A DNA stretch of 64,000 nt from an uncultured Candidatus Saccharibacteria bacterium. Lineage in GTDB: Bacteria > Patescibacteriota > Doudnabacteria > UBA920. Made by a program: the position numbers and the translations under genes. Positions 36,468-45,352 of the stretch are shown one piece after another. Within the stretch, counting starts at the first letter, position 1, and every line of letters starts with the position of its first letter. The stretch is taken from NCBI GenBank assembly GCA_964505635.1, contig CAZDIP010000003.1, positions 15,313 to 79,312 of the forward strand. The letters are read 5' to 3'. Below the pieces are notes generated by a model. The model saw only the letters and a program-made list of their open reading frames with translations. It did not search any database and was not told the DNA's origin.

Positions 36468-39152
36468 TTATTTTTTAAATTTATTTCTTAAACGCCATAA
36501 TTTTAACACAAAATTATACCCCCCGGGAGGCAAAGTTTTTCTTAAATAAACATTCAGGTAATTGCGATTCCTTAAAACCATAATCGTTTTTTTCCATAAA
36601 TTTTTATACTGTGCCTGCTTATGGCTTGCTAAATTTCCGTCAAAACGATAATTTTCTAGCTTTACCCTGGCAATTAAATCCCACCATTTAGATACCATGC
36701 CCTCAAGATGCAAAGATTTTTTTTGCATGACTTGGCGGGGGGTAAATTTCTTTGACAAAATTTCTATCAGACCCTGCTCTAAATCCTCGGTAAACACACC
36801 GCACGAAAGCCTTTCTTCCAAGCTTAAATCTGAAAAAATTCCCACCGGCTTCATTAGCACAGGCACATTGCACAAGCATGCTTCTATGGCTGCCAAACAT
36901 TGAGTTTCAACTTTTGAACCTAAAATAAAAAAATCTGAGCAATTATAAAGCTCGCTTAAAACAGCCTGCTCTAACCTGTTAAACATTAATACGTTTGAGG
37001 CCTGATAAGTAAGTTCGCTTTTTGCAACAACTATAAAAGTAATCTCTGAATGCTTTTCTATTATTGCCTTAACTTCAGGCCAGCCTTTAACCTGGGTCAA
37101 ATCGCCAACAAAAATACCTACCTGTTTACCGGTAATGCCATATTTTTTTCTCAAAGCTTCTTTGTCCTTAGGAATAAATAAATTATCGTCTACCCCTAAT
37201 GGAATAATTTGAAAATAAAATTGCGGGTAAGAAGCTGCTGTCTTAAAACTATTGGCAACCAAGTACTTGGCTTGCTCTAAATTATTTTCTTGTTCAAAAG
37301 ACATTTTCCCCATAGACCGCAAGTCGTCCTGCAAAATTAACGCGGTGGGAACTTGTGGGGTTAACAATCCCATATAACTGGCATTTTGAATAACCAATCT
37401 TGCTTTGGCGAAATTTTCACTAATGTATTTTTCGGCTTTTTGTTCAAAGTCCCTATCGTCGGCATTTACAATTTTTTTATCCAAGCCCGCACTGTGCGGC
37501 AACCCTTCCAATAAAAAATCCCACATTACCTTCTCCCCCATCAAACCGACCAAGGAATTATTCGCAATTACAACCTCCGCGTCCTTAGGAGAATATTTAT
37601 TGTCGGAAATGCTGGTCATCTCCCCTTCCTGAAAATGATAGCTTAAACTGTCATAAACAGTCTGATGTTTAATCCCCAAAGTTTTTAATTTTTCCATTAA
37701 AATAATGTCACCGCTTATGAGTTCCTGGCCTTTTTCGGCTATTTTTGGATTAAAAACATCGCTGCCAACTAAAACATTGCCTTCGGGGTAGCCGCCAACT
37801 TTAAGAAAATGCTCTTTTTTTATTAAAAGCGGCATAAAAGCCCCGCCATCCCTGACCCGATGTGAAGATTTATTTCTTGCGTACTCAACAAATTCCGCTT
37901 CGCGGAATTCCTCAATAAATTTTCCAAAATTTCTCTCAAAGCAAGGATCATCGTTTTCCTCCCTGCCGCTTACAAGCTTACCGCTTTCCACCAACCTGGA
38001 AACAACGCAATTTAAACCATTTTGAGCAGCCAATAAATTTTCAACCCAGTTTGGGGTAAAAGCCATGTCGCTGTTTATAAACAAAACGTAGTCGCCCTTA
38101 GCCATAGATCCCCCGTAATTCCAAGCGCGGTAGACATTGTTAATATACCACTCTTGTTTATGGGTATCGGTATTTTCAAACAAATAATGAGGAATATAGT
38201 TTTCTCTCAAATATTTTTTTACATCTTCCGAGGCGTCATTTGCAACAAAAAAAAATTCTTTATCCGACATTTCTGTATATTTTAAAACTTGTTCATAACA
38301 AAACTTCAACCAATCCGTACTTTTATATATTAAAGCTACAATAGAAACAGCCGGCCGCATAAGCTCGGGCTTTAATTCTTCAGCCAGCCTTAACCATTCT
38401 GCCAATGGTTTTTTTTCCGGTCTAGGGTTTTTTTCAAATAAACCTTTTGGAAATAAATTTTCCTCAACAGGCCTGAGTGTAAGTTCGGATTCGTCTATTA
38501 ATCGGGATAAATTTATGCCTTTTTGCCCGTGCTTTGCGTAAGTTAGATATTTTGCAATTATGCTTTTATCGGTCGCGAAACCAAAATGCAAAAAGCAAAC
38601 AATATCCTGATTCTTTACTTTTTTTATTCCGTCAGGCGCCGGCGACATATGAAGTCCGGACTTTATGCCGCTATACATAATCCCCGGTTTTACTTTCCAA
38701 AAACGAAGAAAATTTGCCTTATCAAAATCATTGTCAGTCCTGGCCCAATTTACAGAACGCCAAAGATTTGCATCTCTCAAATATGCCCCATCCAAACCCT
38801 CTTTTTCCACCCATTCTGCCAATTTCTGTAATTTAGATCCATCGTTGTCAGACAACACTTCGTCGGCATCTATAGACAAGACAAATTCAGCTTTTAACTC
38901 CAAAGCTTTCTCAAGCATTATTTTTTTATGTTCGCGTTCGTTTTTAAAATCATTTTTATTGCCACGTATTACATACGGGGTAAACTGTTGGGCGTATTCC
39001 CAACTTCCATCCGTGCTGGCATCATCATAAATAACTATTTCATCTACATTTTTAGGCAAATACTCAAAAAATCTCTGCAAATGGCCTTTGCGGATTTCGT
39101 TGTGAATTTGGGTTATGGCAATAATTTTATATCTTTTCATAAAATTTCCCAC
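36468..39152 (-). CDS. trimodular glycosyltransferase (two GT2-like domains plus a C-terminal GT4/GT1-like domain), 894 aa
   Basis: N-terminal IIAITQIHNE...IYDDASTDGS (GT2 DxD). A central second GT2-like region (SIVALIYKSTDW...). A C-terminal GT-B-like region. Confidence 0.6.
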   Translation of the reverse strand: MGNFMKRYKIIAITQIHNEIRKGHLQRFFEYLPKNVDEIVIYDDASTDGSWEYAQQFTPYVIRGNKNDFKNEREHKKIMLEKALELKAEFVLSIDADEVLSDNDGSKLQKLAEWVEKEGLDGAYLRDANLWRSVNWARTDNDFDKANFLRFWKVKPGIMYSGIKSGLHMSPAPDGIKKVKNQDIVCFLHFGFATDKSIIAKYLTYAKHGQKGINLSRLIDESELTLRPVEENLFPKGLFEKNPRPEKKPLAEWLRLAEELKPELMRPAVSIVALIYKSTDWLKFCYEQVLKYTEMSDKEFFFVANDASEDVKKYLRENYIPHYLFENTDTHKQEWYINNVYRAWNYGGSMAKGDYVLFINSDMAFTPNWVENLLAAQNGLNCVVSRLVESGKLVSGREENDDPCFERNFGKFIEEFREAEFVEYARNKSSHRVRDGGAFMPLLIKKEHFLKVGGYPEGNVLVGSDVFNPKIAEKGQELISGDIILMEKLKTLGIKHQTVYDSLSYHFQEGEMTSISDNKYSPKDAEVVIANNSLVGLMGEKVMWDFLLEGLPHSAGLDKKIVNADDRDFEQKAEKYISENFAKARLVIQNASYMGLLTPQVPTALILQDDLRSMGKMSFEQENNLEQAKYLVANSFKTAASYPQFYFQIIPLGVDDNLFIPKDKEALRKKYGITGKQVGIFVGDLTQVKGWPEVKAIIEKHSEITFIVVAKSELTYQASNVLMFNRLEQAVLSELYNCSDFFILGSKVETQCLAAIEACLCNVPVLMKPVGIFSDLSLEERLSCGVFTEDLEQGLIEILSKKFTPRQVMQKKSLHLEGMVSKWWDLIARVKLENYRFDGNLASHKQAQYKNLWKKTIMVLRNRNYLNVYLRKTLPPGGYNFVLKLWRLRNKFKK

Positions 39153-39763
39153 GGAACCTGCTTATTTCTTTTACGGCAAATAGCCAACCCCGGATGCAAG
39201 GGCAAGGTAACCAATTCGTGTTCTTGCGTCTGCTTGCTTAACTCAAAAATAGCTTTATAGCCATCGCCACAATAACCGCTTTCGGCAAAATGTTGGTTTT
39301 TTGGGTAAGCATCATGCAATAAAATAATCCCGTCTTGCTTGACTAAAGGAAAAAATGATTCAAAATCTTTTCTTACCGCCTGCTGACTATGATCCGCATC
39401 TATAAACAACATGTCAATAATTAAATTTCTTTCTTTTGCTTCCTTAGCAAAATTTTCGGTACTTCCGCAATAAAATTCGGTTTTTGGAGAATCTTGCATA
39501 TAATCACCCGATTTCTTAACAACATCTACTCCAATTAATTTTTCAGAAACTAAAGGCACCATACGGTTAAAGAGCCGGCACTTGTAAAGCCCAAGCTCAA
39601 CGTAAACTTTAGGCTTTAATGCTTTGGCTAAACTGGCAATAATGTCTTCGTGCACTAAATCTTGTTGACTTTTACCCAAATTCCTTACTTTAGATAAAAT
39701 CTCCTGAAGCCTAAGAATAATAATTTCTTTTTTCATATAACAGAAGCGGTTTGTTTTTGCCAC
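39137..39763 (-). CDS. class I SAM-dependent O-methyltransferase (TylF/MycF or CmcI-like)
   Basis: IGVDV...LFIDADHS...GIILLHD motifs. Confidence 0.5.
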   Translation of the reverse strand: MAKTNRFCYMKKEIIILRLQEILSKVRNLGKSQQDLVHEDIIASLAKALKPKVYVELGLYKCRLFNRMVPLVSEKLIGVDVVKKSGDYMQDSPKTEFYCGSTENFAKEAKERNLIIDMLFIDADHSQQAVRKDFESFFPLVKQDGIILLHDAYPKNQHFAESGYCGDGYKAIFELSKQTQEHELVTLPLHPGLAICRKRNKQVPWEIL

Positions 39764-41097
39764 AAGGCTTTATAAACCTCTCGTCTTATTTTTTTAAAAC
39801 ATATTGCCGCCACAAGCGGAATGCAATAAGAAATTACAGTCGCCCAAGCGCTGCCGACAATGCCAAATTTTGGTATAAAAAACAAGTTCAAGGCAATATT
39901 TACAAAAGCCCCTAATACCGTGGATACAAAATATACTTTTGAATACCCTTCTGTAATTAAATATTGCATCAGTGCGGCAGTTAAAAAAACCGGCACGCCC
40001 GCCCATGCGTAAATTTGCAAAGGTTTTACCGCATGCAAATAAGCCTGTCCGTAAATAATCAAAATAATAGTTTTTGAAAACAAAAAAATAAAAACCGCTA
40101 TGCCTAAAGAAAGCCAAAACATCAACTTATATAAATAACCAAGTCGTTTAAAATAAAAATTTTCTCCGGTTTTTTTGGCATTTACTATGGCCGGAAAAAG
40201 GGACGCGCAAATAATATTGGGGATAAAATACCATATTTCAGAAAGTTTGACCGCGACGGCATATATTCCTACCTGGAGATCGCTTAAAATAAGCTTGATC
40301 ATGGTTTGGTCAATTTTCATATAAATACTGGTCGCTACTGTGACAAACATTAAAGGCCAGGAGTTTTTTAACAATAAAATTATCAACGGCTTGTCAAAAC
40401 TCCAACTAATTTTATTTTCTTGTCTCTTATAGAAATACCATAATATAAACCCCGAGACTATAGCGTCTAAAACATAATTCAAAGTCAACCAAATTACTCC
40501 TTTATTGAAATAAATTACCAAGAGTTTAAAAATCGTGGATACTAAAGTAACTATAACCTGCATTTGAAAAAGCTTTTTTGCCAGAACCTGAGACTGAAAA
40601 TAAATGCTCAAAACTCCGGACACCTGAAAAAGAAAAGTCAGGGAAAAAAGAAAAATTAAAATCCTTGCCAAATAAGAATTTGGGATAAAAAAAGCAGAAA
40701 TGTTTATAGCCGCCACAGCGAAAATTCCACCAATAAACTTTATCCAAAAGCCATTCCCTATAAGAATGTCGCGTCTTTCCGGAAATTTTATCAGTTCCCT
40801 ATTTAAAATAGCGTCAATACCAAAACCTGACAAAAAAGCAAACAGACCCGAAAAACTGACGGCGTAATTTAAAATACCGTATTTTTCCGGGCCCAAATAC
40901 CGAGCTACCATTGCGCCTATAAAAAACGCGACCCCCATATTAAGCATTTGGCCAACAAACATCCAGCCGGTATTTTTCAAATAACGCTTAAAACCTTCAT
41001 GGTTTTTTAGTCTATTGTAAAAATCCGCAAACCAAAAAATAACATTATTATATTGGTTAGAGATGAACGATTGATTATTTTCCATAAAATTTACCAA
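39733..41097 (-). CDS. wzx: oligosaccharide flippase (Wzx, MOP superfamily)
   Basis: About 12-14 TM segments, a length of 454 aa, and a position within the polysaccharide locus. Confidence 0.65.
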   Translation of the reverse strand: MVNFMENNQSFISNQYNNVIFWFADFYNRLKNHEGFKRYLKNTGWMFVGQMLNMGVAFFIGAMVARYLGPEKYGILNYAVSFSGLFAFLSGFGIDAILNRELIKFPERRDILIGNGFWIKFIGGIFAVAAINISAFFIPNSYLARILIFLFSLTFLFQVSGVLSIYFQSQVLAKKLFQMQVIVTLVSTIFKLLVIYFNKGVIWLTLNYVLDAIVSGFILWYFYKRQENKISWSFDKPLIILLLKNSWPLMFVTVATSIYMKIDQTMIKLILSDLQVGIYAVAVKLSEIWYFIPNIICASLFPAIVNAKKTGENFYFKRLGYLYKLMFWLSLGIAVFIFLFSKTIILIIYGQAYLHAVKPLQIYAWAGVPVFLTAALMQYLITEGYSKVYFVSTVLGAFVNIALNLFFIPKFGIVGSAWATVISYCIPLVAAICFKKIRREVYKALWQKQTASVI

Positions 41098-41336
41098 TCT
41101 TTTACTTTATCCTTTGTTTTACTTTTAATTCTCTGGTAAGTTTCTACTGCCCTTTGTTCAAACACCGGCGAAACTAAACGCAAAATCTCATGTCCCATTA
41201 TTCGGTACTGCTTGCCAATTTTATTTGCCCTTAATAAGCCATTCTTAAGCATGCGTTTAATGGTGCTGTTGCTTATTTTTAAAAGCGCCTGGGTTTCTTT
41301 TGGCGTATATACTTGATTGGGTTTTATTTCAGACAT
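41091..41336 (-). CDS. excisionase-family (Xis/MerR-like) helix-turn-helix DNA-binding protein
   Basis: VYTPKETQALLKISNSTIKRMLKNGLLRANKIGKQYRI matches the HTH_17/excisionase-family consensus. It overlaps the wzx start by 7 nt. Confidence 0.55.
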   Translation of the reverse strand: MSEIKPNQVYTPKETQALLKISNSTIKRMLKNGLLRANKIGKQYRIMGHEILRLVSPVFEQRAVETYQRIKSKTKDKVKDW

Positions 41337-41421
41337 AACAAATAATACACCTTAATAGTATCACCAGGTGTCATTGGGTGTCAATTGTTGTTAACATTTT
41401 ATTCTCCGAATCTAACCTTGG

Positions 41422-42396
41422 CTACTGGCACAATTCCTTAAAAATATCTTCCAAAGAGTATTTGTAATCCCACTTTGGGTAGTCTTTGCGAAATTTAGTT
41501 GAATCGTGAACGTCCCATTGCCTATCGCCTTTTCTAGCTGGTTCAAAATATTCCACCTTTGCTTTTTTGCCGGTTTGTTTTTCTATAAAATCTATTGATT
41601 CTTTAACTGAAACGCTCCGCTCTGGGCCTCCCCCTATATTATAAACCGCTGCAATTTTTGGCTGCTGAATAAAATGGTAAAAAGCGTTTATTAAATCGTG
41701 CGCGTGGATTTGGTCGCGCACTTGTTTGCCCTTAAAACCATATAAATTAAAAGTCTCGCCGTTTTTTATGCATTTTGTAAGCTGAGCCAAAAAACCATGA
41801 TATTCGGACCCTTCATGCTGTCTTCCGGTAATGCAGCCCGGCCTGAAACAAGCTGTTTTCATGCCAAAATAGTAGCCATATTCCTGTACATACAAATCCG
41901 CCGCAGTTTTAGAACAGCCGAACAAGCTTCTCATTGTCGTGTCTAAAGGTAAAGACTCGTCATACGGGCTATCGTGATGCCACCTGGTGTCGGTCTCTGC
42001 CAAATTTTCCCGCTTCATATGCTCGCCATACACTTTGTCAGTGGAAACATGGACAAATACCACATCAGGGCAATGTTTTCTTGCTGCTTCCAATAAAATT
42101 AACGTACCCCGGGCATTGACGTCAAAATCCGTTAGGGGCTCATTTTTTGCCCAATCATGGCTAGGCTGGGCAGCGGCATGGATGATTGCGTCAAACTTTA
42201 CCTTGGAAAAAAGCTCGTTTATAGCCTTTTCATCGCGAATATCTATTTCATACTGCGGACTTTTTTTGGGCGTGCCAAAAAAATATGAACGCATGTTGGC
42301 ATCCAGCCCATGAACTTCCCACCCTTTGTCGGTAAAAAATTTTACGGCTTCAGACCCGACAAGCCCGGTACTGCCGGTAATAAGTATTTTTTGCAT
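41422..42396 (-). CDS. NAD-dependent epimerase/dehydratase (SDR); the start is probably MQKILITG, whereas the ORF track begins 15 codons upstream at a GTG
   Basis: ILITGSTGLVGS Rossmann motif, VSTDKVYGE, and YVQEYGYYFGMK (YxxxK). Confidence 0.65.
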   Translation of the reverse strand: MQKILITGSTGLVGSEAVKFFTDKGWEVHGLDANMRSYFFGTPKKSPQYEIDIRDEKAINELFSKVKFDAIIHAAAQPSHDWAKNEPLTDFDVNARGTLILLEAARKHCPDVVFVHVSTDKVYGEHMKRENLAETDTRWHHDSPYDESLPLDTTMRSLFGCSKTAADLYVQEYGYYFGMKTACFRPGCITGRQHEGSEYHGFLAQLTKCIKNGETFNLYGFKGKQVRDQIHAHDLINAFYHFIQQPKIAAVYNIGGGPERSVSVKESIDFIEKQTGKKAKVEYFEPARKGDRQWDVHDSTKFRKDYPKWDYKYSLEDIFKELCQ

Positions 42397-42460
42397 TTTT
42401 TGCTTATTTTTTAGATTAAAATATCTACTAAATAATATCACTTTCTAAAAAATTCTACTA

Positions 42461-42489
42461 TTGACAAATGTTGTAATTTTTGATATAAT
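42461..42489 (+). promoter_or_regulatory. exact consensus sigma70 promoter with extended -10 (TTGACA-N17-TGaTATAAT)
   Basis: TTGACA at 42461-42466, a 17-nt spacer ending in TGA, and TATAAT at 42484-42489. Confidence 0.45.
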
Positions 42490-42539
42490 ATGTAGTTTTC
42501 AGTTGAAATTCCAATATTATATTAGAGGAGGATGCAATT

Positions 42540-43160
42540 GTGGAGTTGAGAAGAAGGTTGGAGAGGGTTATCCTTGAAAACCCGATGTTTGAGTGGGACT
42601 GGAGAAAGTCTCGTGAGCAGCGGCGAGCTGTACACGAACTTTTTTCCACGCCAATACCTCCCAGCGCAAACCCCAAAGGTGGAGTGAGCCGAGAGGTCTA
42701 CTACGGCTTCAAGGAAGGCTGCGCTACAGCAAACGCGGACATGGTCGTCTGCACCCGCCTTGAAACCGGTGAGTGCGCTGTCCTGGCACTTCATAGGGAC
42801 CCAGGCACACCGTTTGGCGGGGTATGGGATATGGGCGGCGGGGCAATCCTCGCCTACCAGGCAATCGCTGATTGCCTAAAAGCCAAATCCCAAAAAGAAA
42901 CCGGTCTCACCCTAGAGCCCGAGGCGCTGTTAGGCTGCTACCGCAACGACGCGCCCGACATGGCGTCAAGCGTCATCGCGCTGTGCTACGTTGCCACAGC
43001 ACCAGTGCAGCAGCTTCAATCAGTGGTTGCCGGGGACGGCAACCACAAGTGGCAATTTTTCACTTTGGCAGACCTGGAGAATCTGCCAGCGAACCAGACC
43101 TACTGGTATGCCATGTATGTCTGGCGCAAGGTCTTAGAGGCCGCGCCACGCGTCCTCTAA
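42540..43160 (+). CDS. NUDIX-fold-like protein with degenerate Nudix box, GTG start, GC-rich foreign-like gene
   Basis: SD GAGGAGG lies 7 nt before the GTG. AVLALHRD...FGGVWDMGGGAILAYQAIADCLKAKSQKETGL follows the Nudix pattern vLLvqR..G.W.lPGG.vE.GE...A.REl.EEtGl, but with the REx2EE glutamates replaced. HKWQFF sits at the usual C-terminal Trp position. GC is about 57%. Confidence 0.4.
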   Translation: MELRRRLERVILENPMFEWDWRKSREQRRAVHELFSTPIPPSANPKGGVSREVYYGFKEGCATANADMVVCTRLETGECAVLALHRDPGTPFGGVWDMGGGAILAYQAIADCLKAKSQKETGLTLEPEALLGCYRNDAPDMASSVIALCYVATAPVQQLQSVVAGDGNHKWQFFTLADLENLPANQTYWYAMYVWRKVLEAAPRVL

Positions 43161-43183
43161 ATCAACAACCCCAAGCAACAAAA

Positions 43184-43218
43184 GGCCGACGCTTTCAGCG
43201 CCGGCCTTTCTCATTTTT
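43184..43218. terminator. GC-rich intrinsic terminator after cassette 2, likely bidirectional (it also follows fcl)
   Basis: GGCCGACGC-TTTCA-GCGCCGGCC followed by TTTCTCATTTTT. Confidence 0.5.
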
Positions 43219-43225
43219 AAAATTT

Positions 43226-44164
43226 TTATACCTGATTTTTTATATACCAGTCTATAGTCTTTTTTAGGCCTTCGGCCAAACCAGTTTTAGCTCTAAACCC
43301 AAAACCTTTTGCTGCGCGCGAGACATCGGAAACCCTTCTCAAAGCCCCCTCAGGCTTGGTTTTATCCCACACCAATTTTCCTAAAAAGCCAACATGTCTG
43401 GCAATAGTTTCCGCCAAAATTTTTATTTTTTCTTCTTTGCCGCTGCCTATATTTACAGGCTCGGGGTCTTCATATTTTTCAGCGGCGAGTACAGTAGCCC
43501 TAGCCGCGTCTTCCACATACAAAAATTCCCTGGTTGCCTTGCCGCTGCCATACATGACTATTTCCTCTGTGCCGCTGTTTTTTGCCTCAATAAATTTCCT
43601 TATAAGCGAGGCTACCACATTGGCATGGGCTAAATCAAATTCATCGCCCGGACCGTACATATTAGTGTACAGCAAATTTATACCCGTAAACTTATGCTGA
43701 AGCCTATAGGCTAAAATTTGGGCGGCTAATAATTTTTTGGAAAGCCCGTAAGAAGCATTGCCCGCTTCGGGCAGTCCATTCCAAAAATTTTCTTCCTTAA
43801 ATGGGATACTGGTATGCTCGGGGTAACTGCTGACGGTACCGCCGATTAAAATTTTCTTTACCCCTTCCTTATATGCGCTATCTATAAGGTGCAGACCCAT
43901 AACCGCGTTGTCGTAAAAAACTTCAGCCGCGTGCTCTAAATTATACTTAACGCCGTCAAAATTGGCAGCCAGATGAATAACCAAGTCCTGGCCTTTTACT
44001 GCATAGCGGCAATTAGCCGGAACCCTTAAATCCAGCTGAGAAGACCTTGGACGGTCAATATTTTTTTTTGGCACGCCGCGCCTAAGCAATTCCTGATATA
44101 CATGAGAGCCTAAAAACCCATGGCCGCCGGTTAAAAGTATTTTTGATTTTTTTAAATTTATCAT
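43226..44164 (-). CDS. fcl: GDP-L-fucose synthase (GDP-4-keto-6-deoxymannose 3,5-epimerase/4-reductase)
   Basis: KILLTGGHGFLGSHV, YGLSKK (YxxxK), and Fcl-like length and motif order. Confidence 0.7.
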   Translation of the reverse strand: MINLKKSKILLTGGHGFLGSHVYQELLRRGVPKKNIDRPRSSQLDLRVPANCRYAVKGQDLVIHLAANFDGVKYNLEHAAEVFYDNAVMGLHLIDSAYKEGVKKILIGGTVSSYPEHTSIPFKEENFWNGLPEAGNASYGLSKKLLAAQILAYRLQHKFTGINLLYTNMYGPGDEFDLAHANVVASLIRKFIEAKNSGTEEIVMYGSGKATREFLYVEDAARATVLAAEKYEDPEPVNIGSGKEEKIKILAETIARHVGFLGKLVWDKTKPEGALRRVSDVSRAAKGFGFRAKTGLAEGLKKTIDWYIKNQV

Positions 44165-44207
44165 TCTATAATCTGCTTGAAAATTAACAGATTAATTTTA
44201 TAAAACT

Positions 44208-45281
44208 TTAAGCTAAGTGTAAAGCTTTAAAAATCTGATGAAATCTGTGCGAATAAGTATGATCCCGGATGGTGCGTTCATATCCTGCCTTTGCAATTGC
44301 TTTACGTTCGGTTTCGTGCTCTAAATAATACTTGCATTTATCAACAAGATCGTCTATTCCTTTAAACTCAACCACCTCTTTTCCCAGCTGGTAATATTCC
44401 CCTAAATCATCGTCGCATTTGCCGGTGAGTAAAAATCCGCCGCAGGCCAGTACTTCAAACACCCGGCCTTTTATGGTCAGCCTTTGGGTTCCAATAAGCG
44501 CCTTAATATTAGAAATAGGGTGGTGAATGTTGAGTTTGTATCTTCCAAGTTCTTTTTTTATAAACAGCTTGGCAAACAAATTCAATTTCTTTTTAAACCC
44601 GTAATAGGGCGTCTCGCTAAAATTTAAATTAATTTTAGAATGCGCGTACAAACTTCTAATATCTTTAGGATCAAAAACCCCTCCGGTTGGCCACCCGGTC
44701 CCCCACCCTTCCGCAGGCAACCCCTCTGCTTTAAGCGCGTCTATGTAAGCCAGCCGTTTGCCGTATTTCTGCCCTAAAAAAGTTATATTAAATTTTCCCG
44801 CATCCGCATTCAAGTCTTCGGGCTTATATAAAAACGGATTTGCGCCCCACTGAGTTTTAATTACATTACTTATGCCTAAAGATTTATAAGCTTCCATTGC
44901 CTTTGAATCAGTAGTTGAAACAATGGTAAACAAAGGCGCCCAAAAACGAGAGTATACCGGAACCCGCCAGTGGTCATCGCCAAACCAATTAAATGTTTTT
45001 GTGGTTGTATTCCGGGTAATATACCTTATGGTCTCTTTTTTAATTTCTTCGGTGAACAAAAAACAAAACAGCAAGTCCGGTTTTTTTTCCCGGACTTCCC
45101 GCAAAAGCCTGCTGTTCATTTCATCGCGACCCACCTGGCGCATTATTTCATCCATGGGAAAATGCTCAGCTTCAACTCCATGCATGTTTGAAAGCGTGTC
45201 AAAAAAAGTTTTTGACTCCCACGACCTGCCTCTTTTTGGGTCGCCATATTCATTTTTAAGAGCGCAAAAAAGTACTTTCAT
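44208..45281 (-). CDS. CgeB-family glycosyltransferase-like protein
   Basis: A C-terminal Glyco_trans_1_2-like region (FEVLACGGFLLT) and an N-terminal DUF3880-like region. Confidence 0.45.
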   Translation of the reverse strand: MKVLFCALKNEYGDPKRGRSWESKTFFDTLSNMHGVEAEHFPMDEIMRQVGRDEMNSRLLREVREKKPDLLFCFLFTEEIKKETIRYITRNTTTKTFNWFGDDHWRVPVYSRFWAPLFTIVSTTDSKAMEAYKSLGISNVIKTQWGANPFLYKPEDLNADAGKFNITFLGQKYGKRLAYIDALKAEGLPAEGWGTGWPTGGVFDPKDIRSLYAHSKINLNFSETPYYGFKKKLNLFAKLFIKKELGRYKLNIHHPISNIKALIGTQRLTIKGRVFEVLACGGFLLTGKCDDDLGEYYQLGKEVVEFKGIDDLVDKCKYYLEHETERKAIAKAGYERTIRDHTYSHRFHQIFKALHLA

Positions 45282-45352
45282 TATGGATTTAAGTTATCAT
45301 AAACCCGGCTTTCTATCAATGCTTTTTTCCGCTATACTGGTCTTATAAATCC

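Noticed and set aside
31776-43218. Interpreting the cassettes plus the Xis-like HTH as one integrative mobile element
   Set aside because: I found no integrase or transposase gene, no flanking direct repeats or tRNA-adjacent att site, and the two cassettes are separated by about 9 kb of native-composition biosynthetic genes. They look like two independent small insertions rather than one island. The idea is kept only as a low-confidence note.
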